Shown here: in pieces, positions 18,276 to 26,176 of the stretch
Layout of the letters: each line of letters opens with the position of its first letter
How positions within the stretch are numbered: position 1 is the stretch's first letter
Assembly: GCA_964355545.1 (NCBI GenBank)
Contig: CAYHEK010000001.1
Location: forward strand, 7,478-67,276
Reading direction: 5' to 3'
DNA from: an uncultured Thermotogae bacterium
Lineage (GTDB): Bacteria > Bipolaricaulota > Bipolaricaulia > UBA7950 > UBA9294
Length of the DNA stretch: 59,799 bases
Made by a program: the position numbers and the translations under genes
Notes under the pieces: model-generated
The model's database searches: none
What the model saw: only the letters and a program-made list of their open reading frames with translations
Told to the model about the DNA's origin: nothing

Positions 18276-18675
18276 GGAGATCCCGGAGAAGCTAGCGGCC
18301 TCGAAGATCAGCGGTGGTGACCTGCGCGAGAACAAAGAGTACATGTACCTGCAGAGTGAGCAACAGTACTACGAGCGCGAGGTGCGACGGCTCACGTCGA
18401 TCATGGAGGCGGCGGAGATCCTCCCCGATGAGGAGATCTCGGGGGAGGAGATTGGGATCGGTTCGAGCTTCATCTTGCAGGACCTCGAGATCATGGAGAG
18501 CGGTAACTTCACCCTGGTGAGCCCGGCGGAGGTCGACCTGGAGAAGGGAAAGATCTCGATCGCCTCGCCGGTGGGGACCGCTCTGATTGGAAAGAGCGAA
18601 GGGGACGAGATTAAACTCGATCTGCCCTGGGGAGCGACTCACTTCCGCGTTATCGCCATCAACAAACGGGAATGA
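18190..18675 (+). CDS. greA: transcription elongation factor GreA
   Basis: N-terminal coiled coil (FLTKEGHTLMQKELDLAKK...GDLRENKEY) and C-terminal FKBP-like domain (ISIASPVGTALIGK). Confidence 0.9.
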   Translation: MNKERIFLTKEGHTLMQKELDLAKKILYEEIPEKLAASKISGGDLRENKEYMYLQSEQQYYEREVRRLTSIMEAAEILPDEEISGEEIGIGSSFILQDLEIMESGNFTLVSPAEVDLEKGKISIASPVGTALIGKSEGDEIKLDLPWGATHFRVIAINKRE

Positions 18676-20138
18676 TGGATGACTCCTTAGTTCTGGCGCG
18701 GCTGGAGAAGCTGCGCGCCCTTCGCGAGCAGGGGATCGACCCGTATCCACCACGGTGCACGCGGACGCAGTCGATCGGGGAGATCATCGCCCGTTACTCG
18801 CCTCTGAAGCCCGATGAGCGAGGCGCGGAGCGCGTGGCGGTCGCCGGTCGAGTCATCGCCCTCCGGCAGATGGGAAAGGCGAGCTTCCTTGACCTGCGCG
18901 ACGGGACGGGACGGATCCAGGTGCATGCCTCCGTGGATGGCCTGGGCGAGGCTCGCTATCTTTTGCTGCGCACGTGTGACATTGGGGATTTCCTCGGGGT
19001 GGGGGGCGAGGTCTTTCGCACCAAGGCGGGTGAACTGACCGTCGCGGCGTCCGAGTGGACCCTCCTTGCGAAGTCACTCCGTCCGCTCCCGGAGAAGTGG
19101 CACGGGCTGAAGGATGTCGAACTCCGGTACCGGCACCGCTCGCTCGACCTCATCGCCTCCGAGACCGTGCGGGAGGCCTTCGCCTGTCGCTCGCGCATGA
19201 TCTCCTCTATCCGCGCCGTTCTCGACCGGCGGGGCTTCTTGGAGGTGGAGACGCCGATCCTGCAGCCGATCGCGGGAGGGGCGACCGCGCGGCCGTTCGT
19301 GACCCACCACAACGCGTTGGATATCGACCTCTACCTGCGCGTCGCGCCCGAGCTCTACCTGAAACGCCTAGTCATCGGGGGCCTGGAGCGGGTGTACGAG
19401 CTGGGGAAGAACTTCCGCAACGAGGGGGTCTCTACCGAGCACAACCCCGAGTTTACGACGCTCGAGATCTACGAGGCGTACAGCGACTACGAGGGGATGA
19501 TGGTCCTCGTGGAGGAACTGGTGGTGGAGGCCGCACAGGCGGCCGTCGGCTCCCTCTCCATTCCCTACCAGGATCACACGATCGATCTCTCGCCGCCTTG
19601 GCGGCGGGTCGGGCTGGAGGAGACGGTGGAGGAGGCGACCGGGATCACCGTGAGGGGAAGGACGGCCGACGAGATCCGTGCCCAGGCGGCGAGGAGCGGG
19701 ATGGAGGTTCCTCCAGTTCCCCGCGGGAAGCTCGTCGAGCACTTGTTCGAGGCCTTCGTCGAGCCAAAGCTCATTTCACCGACGATCGTCAAGGACTACC
19801 CACTCGACATCTCACCCCTCGCCAAGCGGAAGGCAGGGGTGGAGGGGATCGTGGAGCGGTTCGAACTCTTCATCGGCGGGATGGAGATCGCCAACGCCTT
19901 TACGGAGCTGAACGACCCGCTCGACCAGCGCGCCCGCTTCGAGGAAGAGGAGAAAGGGCGACGGGCCGGGGACGAGGAGGCGCAGCGCCTCGATGAGGAC
20001 TTCCTGTTCGCCCTGGAGCACGGGATGCCGCCCACGGGCGGGATCGGGATTGGGATCGACCGGCTGGCGATGCTCCTCACGGGCTCGCGCTCTATTCGCG
20101 ATGTGATCCCCTTTCCCACCCTAAGGACGAAGCCATGA
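18672..20138 (+). CDS. lysS: lysine--tRNA ligase (class II)
   Basis: ATGA overlap with the greA stop. OB anticodon-binding domain and class II motifs (FRNEG, GGIGIGIDRLAMLL). Confidence 0.95.
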   Translation: MMDDSLVLARLEKLRALREQGIDPYPPRCTRTQSIGEIIARYSPLKPDERGAERVAVAGRVIALRQMGKASFLDLRDGTGRIQVHASVDGLGEARYLLLRTCDIGDFLGVGGEVFRTKAGELTVAASEWTLLAKSLRPLPEKWHGLKDVELRYRHRSLDLIASETVREAFACRSRMISSIRAVLDRRGFLEVETPILQPIAGGATARPFVTHHNALDIDLYLRVAPELYLKRLVIGGLERVYELGKNFRNEGVSTEHNPEFTTLEIYEAYSDYEGMMVLVEELVVEAAQAAVGSLSIPYQDHTIDLSPPWRRVGLEETVEEATGITVRGRTADEIRAQAARSGMEVPPVPRGKLVEHLFEAFVEPKLISPTIVKDYPLDISPLAKRKAGVEGIVERFELFIGGMEIANAFTELNDPLDQRARFEEEEKGRRAGDEEAQRLDEDFLFALEHGMPPTGGIGIGIDRLAMLLTGSRSIRDVIPFPTLRTKP

Positions 20139-20707
20139 TCCAGACGTGGGCGCGGGTGATAGACCGACTCGACCTCGCGATCGAAGCGATCCTGCGGTGG
20201 GACGCCGAGACCCTACGGGCGATCAGCGAGCACCCGATCCTGACACGCCTCTCCCGGTTGTTCGTCGTGGCCACCCACCTGGGCGATGGGTACTTGTGGG
20301 GAGGGCTCGCCCTGGGGCTCGCCCTCTTCGGTCGCCCCATCGACCGAACGTACGTCCTGATCGCGCTTGAGATCTCCATCGTCAACATCGTGGTCTTCCG
20401 TTTCTTCAAGCTCCTGTTTGGACGCCCCCGGCCGACGCTCGTCGTTCCGGCCCTCCGTTCTCGCCTGATCGACAGCTATTCCTTCCCCTCGGGCCACGCG
20501 GCCACCGCGTTCGGGATCGTCTGGGTGATCGCCGTGCACTATCCTCACCTTCTCTTTCAGCTTCCGGCGTACTTTGTGGCGATCACGATCGGGCTTTCTC
20601 GTATCTACTTAAAGGAGCACTACCCGCTCGACGTCATCTGTGGCGCGCTTCTCGGATCGTTCGTTGCAGCCTACCTTCTCCCGTTGTTCGAGAGGCTTTT
20701 GCTTTGA
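20135..20707 (+). CDS. PAP2-family membrane phosphatase
   Basis: ATGA overlap with the lysS stop. Acid phosphatase motifs KLLFGRPRP, PSGHA, SRIYLKEHYPLDV. Confidence 0.85.
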   Translation: MIQTWARVIDRLDLAIEAILRWDAETLRAISEHPILTRLSRLFVVATHLGDGYLWGGLALGLALFGRPIDRTYVLIALEISIVNIVVFRFFKLLFGRPRPTLVVPALRSRLIDSYSFPSGHAATAFGIVWVIAVHYPHLLFQLPAYFVAITIGLSRIYLKEHYPLDVICGALLGSFVAAYLLPLFERLLL

Positions 20708-20774
20708 CAAGGCGCAAAGGGCCACTTACAATAAGGAGTGTTCCGCAAAACCGAGCAACTGAAAGGAGAGATGC

Positions 20775-22001
20775 ATGAAAAGCCACTTTGCCAAACGGGC
20801 GTCTGGGGTCAAGCGCTCGGCGATCCGAGAGCTGCTCAAGTTGACCGAGCAGCCGGACATCATCTCATTTGCCGGCGGGCTCCCGGATCCCGAGACGCTC
20901 CCGCACGAGGAGCTCGCCCGGATCGCGGCCGACGAACTGCGTGGGCACTACCGGAATGTCCTGCAGTACGGCCTGACCGAGGGGAGCCTGACCCTGCGGC
21001 GAGCGCTCCTTCCTTGGCTTGAGGAACAGGGCCTTCACGTAGGGGTGGACCAACTCCTCGTGACGACCGCCTCTCAGCAAGGGTTAGATCTTTTGGCAAA
21101 GGCGTTCATCGACCCAGGAGACGTCATCTTCTGCGATCTCCCCACCTACCTCGGGGCGATTCAGGCGTTCAGCCTCTTCCAAGCGGAGAAGATCGGGATC
21201 CCTCTCGAGGAGGACGGGATGAACCTCGACGTCCTCGAGCAGCGGATTCGGGAGGCCAAGCGGGCAGGGAAGACGCTGAAGGCGATCTACGTCATCCCCA
21301 ACTTTCAGAACCCAAGCGGAATCACCATCTCGTTCGAGAAGAGGAAGGACCTGCTCGAGATCGCTCGTAGGGAGGACCTCTTGATCTTCGAGGACGATCC
21401 CTACGGGCAGCTCCGCTTCGCCGGGGACCCCATCCCCTCAATCCGCAGCATGGACACCGAGGGGCGGGTGATCGTGCTCATGACCCTGTCCAAGGTCCTC
21501 GCCGCGGGGCTTCGCCTGGCGGTCCTCATCGCGGATGGAGAGATGATGGAAGTCCTCGTGCGCATGAAGCAGGCGACCGACCTGTGCACCTCCAAGCTGA
21601 CTCAGCACCTGGCGGCGCGGTACTTCAAGGAGTACGGCATGAAGGAGCACTTGAAGACCCTGCGGGTGCGCTACTGCATCAAGCGCGACGCCATGGTCGC
21701 TGCCCTCGAGAAGTACATGCCCGCGGAGGAGGGGATCACGTGGACGCGCCCGGACGGAGGCCTCTTCCTGTGGGTTTGTCTCCCTAAGGGGGTCGATACC
21801 GAGGAGATGTTCCCCCGCGCCGTGGCGCACAAGGTGGCGTACGTGGTCGGTAGCGCGTTCTACGTGGACGGGACGGGACAGAGCACGATGCGACTGTGCT
21901 TCTCTGCGAGCTCAGAGGAGGAGATCGACGAAGGGATCAAGCGCCTGGCCGCGGTCGTGCGCGAGGAGCTCGCCGCGAAGCGAGTCGGTTCAGCCGCCTG
22001 A
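20775..22001 (+). CDS. PLP-dependent aminotransferase, class I/II (2-aminoadipate/MocR-type fold)
   Basis: 408 aa. IISFAGGLPDPE, NPSG and SKVLAAGLRLA (Lys for PLP) are typical of this family. Confidence 0.8.
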   Translation: MKSHFAKRASGVKRSAIRELLKLTEQPDIISFAGGLPDPETLPHEELARIAADELRGHYRNVLQYGLTEGSLTLRRALLPWLEEQGLHVGVDQLLVTTASQQGLDLLAKAFIDPGDVIFCDLPTYLGAIQAFSLFQAEKIGIPLEEDGMNLDVLEQRIREAKRAGKTLKAIYVIPNFQNPSGITISFEKRKDLLEIARREDLLIFEDDPYGQLRFAGDPIPSIRSMDTEGRVIVLMTLSKVLAAGLRLAVLIADGEMMEVLVRMKQATDLCTSKLTQHLAARYFKEYGMKEHLKTLRVRYCIKRDAMVAALEKYMPAEEGITWTRPDGGLFLWVCLPKGVDTEEMFPRAVAHKVAYVVGSAFYVDGTGQSTMRLCFSASSEEEIDEGIKRLAAVVREELAAKRVGSAA

Positions 22002-22040
22002 CGGGAAGGCGTTTCCTGCCGGTTTCAGGGGTTTTGGTGG

Positions 22041-22070
22041 CGAGGAGGAAAACCTCCTCGTCGTTTTTTT
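22041..22070 (+). terminator. intrinsic terminator after the aminotransferase gene
   Basis: CGAGGAGG-aaaa-CCTCCTCG hairpin (22041-22060) followed by TCGTTTTTTT. Overlaps the stop of the convergent M42 gene. Confidence 0.7.
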
Positions 22071-23142
22071 ACTTGCTCGGCCTCGCTCGCGGGGCGAGCG
22101 CCTCTGGGAGAGCCTTCACAAAACCGACCACGAGGCGGATCGTGTTCTCCAGGTCCTCGAGGAGGAGGGTGGAGGTCGGGGAGTGGATGAATCGACAGGG
22201 GACGGAGACGACTCCGGCGAGGATCCCGCCTCGCGCCACGTGGATCGCGCCGGCATCAGTCCCCCCGTACACCGGAAGTTTATATTGGTAGGGGATGGAA
22301 GCCTTCTCGGCGGTCCCCTCCAGAGCCTCGACGATCCCCCGTGAGACGATGATCGTACGGTCGGCGACGGTGATCGCCGGGCCGCGGCCGAGCCGGACCG
22401 GCTGGTTCTCCTCAGGGACTCCGGGCATGTCGGCCCCGATCGTGCCTTCGAGGGAGAGGGCGACATCCGGATCGACCTGATAGGCGGCGGTGCGCGCTCC
22501 GCGCTGACCCACCTCCTCCCCCACGACGAAGGCGAAGACGACGTTCGCCTCGAGGCGCGCCTCCGCCAGGCGGCGCGCCGTCTCCACGAGGACTGCGCAC
22601 CCGGCCCGATCGTCGAGCGCCTTTCCACTCACGTACCCGGGACGGAGTTCGCAGAAGGGATAGTGAATGGTGAGGGGGTCGCCGATGCGAAAGCCCATCT
22701 TGGCTGCGTCCTCGCGCGAGGGGGCGCCCACGTCGATGAACAGGGATTCGATCGGGATCGGGCGCTTCCGCTCCTCTTCGGGAACGATGTGCGGCGGCGC
22801 GGACCCGATCACCCCGTAGCGCTTCTCGCCTGCGCGGGTGAGGATCTCCACCCGGTGGCTGGGGAGGATCCGCGGGTCCCACCCTCCGAGCGGGGCGAAG
22901 CGGAGGTATCCGTGTTCGTCGATCCACTTCACCATGAACCCGATCTCGTCCATGTGGGCGTCGAGCATCAGGGTGAAGTCGCCCTTTCCCTTGCGCCTGG
23001 CGAGAAGGTTCCCCAACGGATCGGTACGGACCTCATCGACGTAGGGCGAAATGAGGTCCTCGATCCTCTCCCGCACCGCGTCCTCAAAACCGCAGACGCC
23101 GAAGGCGTCGGAGAGCTCACGCAAGAGAGCGATCGAGTCCAT
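22069..23142 (-). CDS. M42 family metallopeptidase (glutamyl aminopeptidase/FrvX-like)
   Basis: ATG at 23142 after GAAAGGAGG. MDSIALLRELSDAFGVCGFE, LDAHMDEIGFMV and VGEEVG motifs. Confidence 0.88.
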   Translation of the reverse strand: MDSIALLRELSDAFGVCGFEDAVRERIEDLISPYVDEVRTDPLGNLLARRKGKGDFTLMLDAHMDEIGFMVKWIDEHGYLRFAPLGGWDPRILPSHRVEILTRAGEKRYGVIGSAPPHIVPEEERKRPIPIESLFIDVGAPSREDAAKMGFRIGDPLTIHYPFCELRPGYVSGKALDDRAGCAVLVETARRLAEARLEANVVFAFVVGEEVGQRGARTAAYQVDPDVALSLEGTIGADMPGVPEENQPVRLGRGPAITVADRTIIVSRGIVEALEGTAEKASIPYQYKLPVYGGTDAGAIHVARGGILAGVVSVPCRFIHSPTSTLLLEDLENTIRLVVGFVKALPEALAPRARPSK

Positions 23143-23226
23143 CGAGATCCTCCTTTCTTCTAGCGCACGATTATAGGGAGGAAGGAAGAGGCCGGCCAAG
23201 GGCCCGTTGGGTCCCGTTCCTGGGCG

Positions 23227-25074
23227 CTATTCTTTTCTCTCTTTGAGGTGGCGCACGATCGTCTCGGCGAGGGAGCGAGGGATCCCCGGGACCGCGGCGA
23301 TCTCTTCACGGCTTGCGCGGGAGAGCCTCTCCAGGGACCCAAAGGTTTTGATGAGGGTCTGCCGGCGCTTGGGGCCGATCCCCGGGATCGCGTCGAGCGC
23401 GGAAGCGAGGCTTCGCGCCCCGCGCAGGCGACGGTGGTAGGTGATGGCGAAGCGGTGGGCCTCGTCGCGGATCTCGCGCAGGAGGAGGAGAGCCTTTCCG
23501 CTCGATGGAAGGCGGAGGGCGTGCGAGGCTCCCGGCCGGAAGACCTCCTCGAGGCGCTTGGCGAGGCCGACCGCCTCGATCCCCTCGACCCTAAGCTCGC
23601 GCAAGACGGAGAGAGCCACGTTCAGCTGTCCCTTCCCGCCGTCGACCAGGAGAAGGTCGGGGAACTCGAAGAACTTCCCTCTCGCGGCGGCGGGGGTCGC
23701 GATCTCCACGAGGCCGCGCCGGAAGCGACGGCGGAGGACCTCGGCCATCATCGCGTAGTCGTCCGGCTTCCCCGAGATCCGGACCTTGAAGCGGCGGTAG
23801 GCGTCGCGCCGGGGCCTCCCGTCGACGAAGACGATCATCGACCCTGTCGCCTCGCCTCCTTGGGTGTTCGAGATGTCGAAGGCCTCGATCCGCCGCGGGA
23901 AGACGGACAAGGAGAGGGCCTCCACGAGCGAGGTGAGGGAAGCGGTGGCCTCCCCTTTCTGCGCGGAGGAGATCCTCTCTCCCTGGAGGGCATAACGCGC
24001 GTTCTCGGAGGCGATCTCGAGGAGGCGGCGCTTCTCCCCCCGCCTGGGGATCTTGATCTCGACGCGCTTCCCCCGCAGGGAGGAAAGCCAAGAAGAGAGC
24101 CCTTCCGCCTCCGCCACCTCCGTGGGGAGGAGGATCTCCTCGGGGATCGCGCTCGCCTCGGCGTAGTACTGGGTGAGGAAGGCGGAGAGGACGTCCGCCT
24201 CGCACGGCTCTCCGGGCGCGCGCAGGTGGAAGGTCTCCCGACCGATCAGGCGGCCGGCGCGGACGAGGAAGGCCTCGACACAAGCCTCCTCTTCTTCCAC
24301 GGCGACGCCGATCGCGTCGCGATCGACGAGGTCCGACAGGGCGACCGACTGGCGCTCGGAGGCGCGCACGAGGGCCGTGAGCTGATCGCGCACGGCGGCC
24401 GCCTGCTCGAACCGCTCCTCTTCGGCGGCACAGGCCATCCTCTCCTTCAGGCGGCTTGAGAGGCTCGAGATCCGCCCCTCGAAGAGCATCGAGGCTCCTT
24501 CCACGGCCTCGGCGTAGTCCTCCGCACTGACGAGGCCCGCGCACGGCCCGAGGCATCGGCCGATGTGGTAGTTGAGACAGGGCCGGCGCGGCTTGGGGAG
24601 CGGAAGTTCGAGCGTGCAGGTGCGGATCGGAAAGAGTTTCTGGGCGAGCTTGAGGGTCGCGCGCATCGCCTTTGCATTCGTGTAGGGGCCGAAGTACCTC
24701 GCCCCGTCCCTCTGGCGGCGCCGCACGACGAGGACGCGCGGAAACGGCTCGTTCGTGATCTTGAGGTAAGGATAGCGCTTGTCGTCGCGCAAGCGGATGT
24801 TGAACGCCGGCTGGTGGCGTTTGATGAGGGTGTCCTCGAGGAGGAACGCCTCCGACTCGGTCTCCGTCTGGATCACCTCGAAGTCGGCGATCTCACAGAC
24901 GAGGGTCTGGGTCTTCCACGCTCTCTCCCTGCTCGAGTGGAAGTAGGAACGGACGCGGTTCTTGAGGACCGCGGCCTTCCCCACGTAGATCACCTTCCCG
25001 CGGGCGTCCTTCATCAGGTAGACCCCCGGCGAGGAGGGGAGGGAGGAGAGCCTCTCTCTTAGAGAATCGATCAT
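23227..25074 (-). CDS. uvrC: excinuclease ABC subunit C
   Basis: ATG at 25074. GIY-YIG (PGVYLMKDARGKVIYVGKA), UVR domain, Endo V-like domain and C-terminal HhH2. Confidence 0.95.
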   Translation of the reverse strand: MIDSLRERLSSLPSSPGVYLMKDARGKVIYVGKAAVLKNRVRSYFHSSRERAWKTQTLVCEIADFEVIQTETESEAFLLEDTLIKRHQPAFNIRLRDDKRYPYLKITNEPFPRVLVVRRRQRDGARYFGPYTNAKAMRATLKLAQKLFPIRTCTLELPLPKPRRPCLNYHIGRCLGPCAGLVSAEDYAEAVEGASMLFEGRISSLSSRLKERMACAAEEERFEQAAAVRDQLTALVRASERQSVALSDLVDRDAIGVAVEEEEACVEAFLVRAGRLIGRETFHLRAPGEPCEADVLSAFLTQYYAEASAIPEEILLPTEVAEAEGLSSWLSSLRGKRVEIKIPRRGEKRRLLEIASENARYALQGERISSAQKGEATASLTSLVEALSLSVFPRRIEAFDISNTQGGEATGSMIVFVDGRPRRDAYRRFKVRISGKPDDYAMMAEVLRRRFRRGLVEIATPAAARGKFFEFPDLLLVDGGKGQLNVALSVLRELRVEGIEAVGLAKRLEEVFRPGASHALRLPSSGKALLLLREIRDEAHRFAITYHRRLRGARSLASALDAIPGIGPKRRQTLIKTFGSLERLSRASREEIAAVPGIPRSLAETIVRHLKERKE

Positions 25075-25258
25075 CGAAGGATCCCGACCTATGGTAGCCG
25101 GGGGCGGAGAGGCTCTCAAACAGGCAAAGTGTGGTCCGTCACGACTCACACCTCCTCCACATTGCGTTCACGGAGGGTCCACAATCGGAGAGTAGAGTGA
25201 GGGTGTACGAGAACAAGGGCGTTGGTACCTCCCTTCGAGAAAGAGCGACGAGAGACCC

Positions 25259-25290
25259 GGAGGCCCCGCGAGGGGCCTCCTTCATTTTTT
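25259..25290 (+). terminator. strong orphan intrinsic terminator (no annotated + strand gene upstream)
   Basis: GGAGGCCCC-gcga-GGGGCCTCC (9-bp GC stem, GNRA-like loop) followed by TTCATTTTTT. Confidence 0.65.
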
Positions 25291-25392
25291 ATAGGACTAG
25301 TACTTAGCAGCGTAAGTCCGCGCAACGCGGTTTGAGGTCTGCTGCCGCTTCCAGTCGAAGTCCGTCATGGCGTGTACTTATGCAGGCAAGTA

Positions 25393-25965
25393 CTAGATGT
25401 AGTAGTGCGCGCCGATCCCGCCGGCGAGGAGGGAGAAGTTGAGAGGGTCGAGGAGGTCCCAGGTGAGGCCGTACTCGAACGTCCCGGCGAGGCGAGGTAG
25501 CCAAATCCCCTCGACCTCGATCGCGCCCATCCCGGACAGGATCGCCCTCTCAAGGCGGGAGCCGATCTTCGGACGATCCGTTCCTGGAAGGGGCGCCACA
25601 GCTTCTTCGAAGACGAAGGTGAGGGCCGGTCCGCCGGCGAAGAAGTAGTTCACGTTCCCGTCTCGGCGCACTGGGAGGAGGACCTTGGCAGAGAGCGAGA
25701 GCTCGAGGCGGCGGACCTCCCTCTTTTCGGGCGAATCTGGCCCGCTCGCAGTCTCGCCGAGATCCACGGGACGGGAGGACGGATTGGGGAAGATGTTGAA
25801 CTCGACCCCGAGCCCGTCCGCATGGAACCAGCGGATGCTAAACCCGGTGAACGGGTAGTTGAACTGGATTCCGATCCCCCATCCTTTGTCCGGGATCTCC
25901 GCCTGCGCCAGCAGGGCGACCAGGACGACGAAACCGCACCCAAGAAGGAAAACTCTTCTTTTCAT
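25393..25965 (-). CDS. signal-peptide protein, probable small outer-membrane beta-barrel
   Basis: MKRRVFLLGCGFVVLVALLAQA leader, alternating hydrophobic/aromatic strands, aromatic C-terminus (GAHYYI). Confidence 0.55.
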   Translation of the reverse strand: MKRRVFLLGCGFVVLVALLAQAEIPDKGWGIGIQFNYPFTGFSIRWFHADGLGVEFNIFPNPSSRPVDLGETASGPDSPEKREVRRLELSLSAKVLLPVRRDGNVNYFFAGGPALTFVFEEAVAPLPGTDRPKIGSRLERAILSGMGAIEVEGIWLPRLAGTFEYGLTWDLLDPLNFSLLAGGIGAHYYI

Positions 25966-26068
25966 CGCGCCCTCCTTTCTTTGGGACGAGCGTATGTCTC
26001 TTTCTTCGCTCGGTCAATGCGGTTGACCGTCTCTGGAATGCCTCTATAATTCGGATGTGTAAGGCCCT

Positions 26069-26144
26069 GGGGGCGTAGCTCGAACGGGAGAGCGCCTGCT
26101 TTGCAAGCAGGAGGATGGCGGTTCGAATCCGCTCGCCTCCACCA
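26069..26144 (+). tRNA. tRNA-Ala (TGC), CCA encoded
   Basis: Acceptor GGGGGCG/CGCCTCC with the G3:U70 identity pair, anticodon loop TTTGCAA, T-loop TTCGAAT. Confidence 0.92.
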
Positions 26145-26176
26145 CGCCGACGGCGAGGGAGCCACCACAGCGAGCC

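Noticed and set aside
25150-25258. Resemblance to the yybP-ykoY (Mn2+) riboswitch (GGAGAGTAG ... GAGAGACC) just before the orphan terminator
   Set aside because: The closing P1 pairing is absent, the spacing is short, and there is no downstream + strand gene to regulate. I kept only the sRNA and terminator observation.
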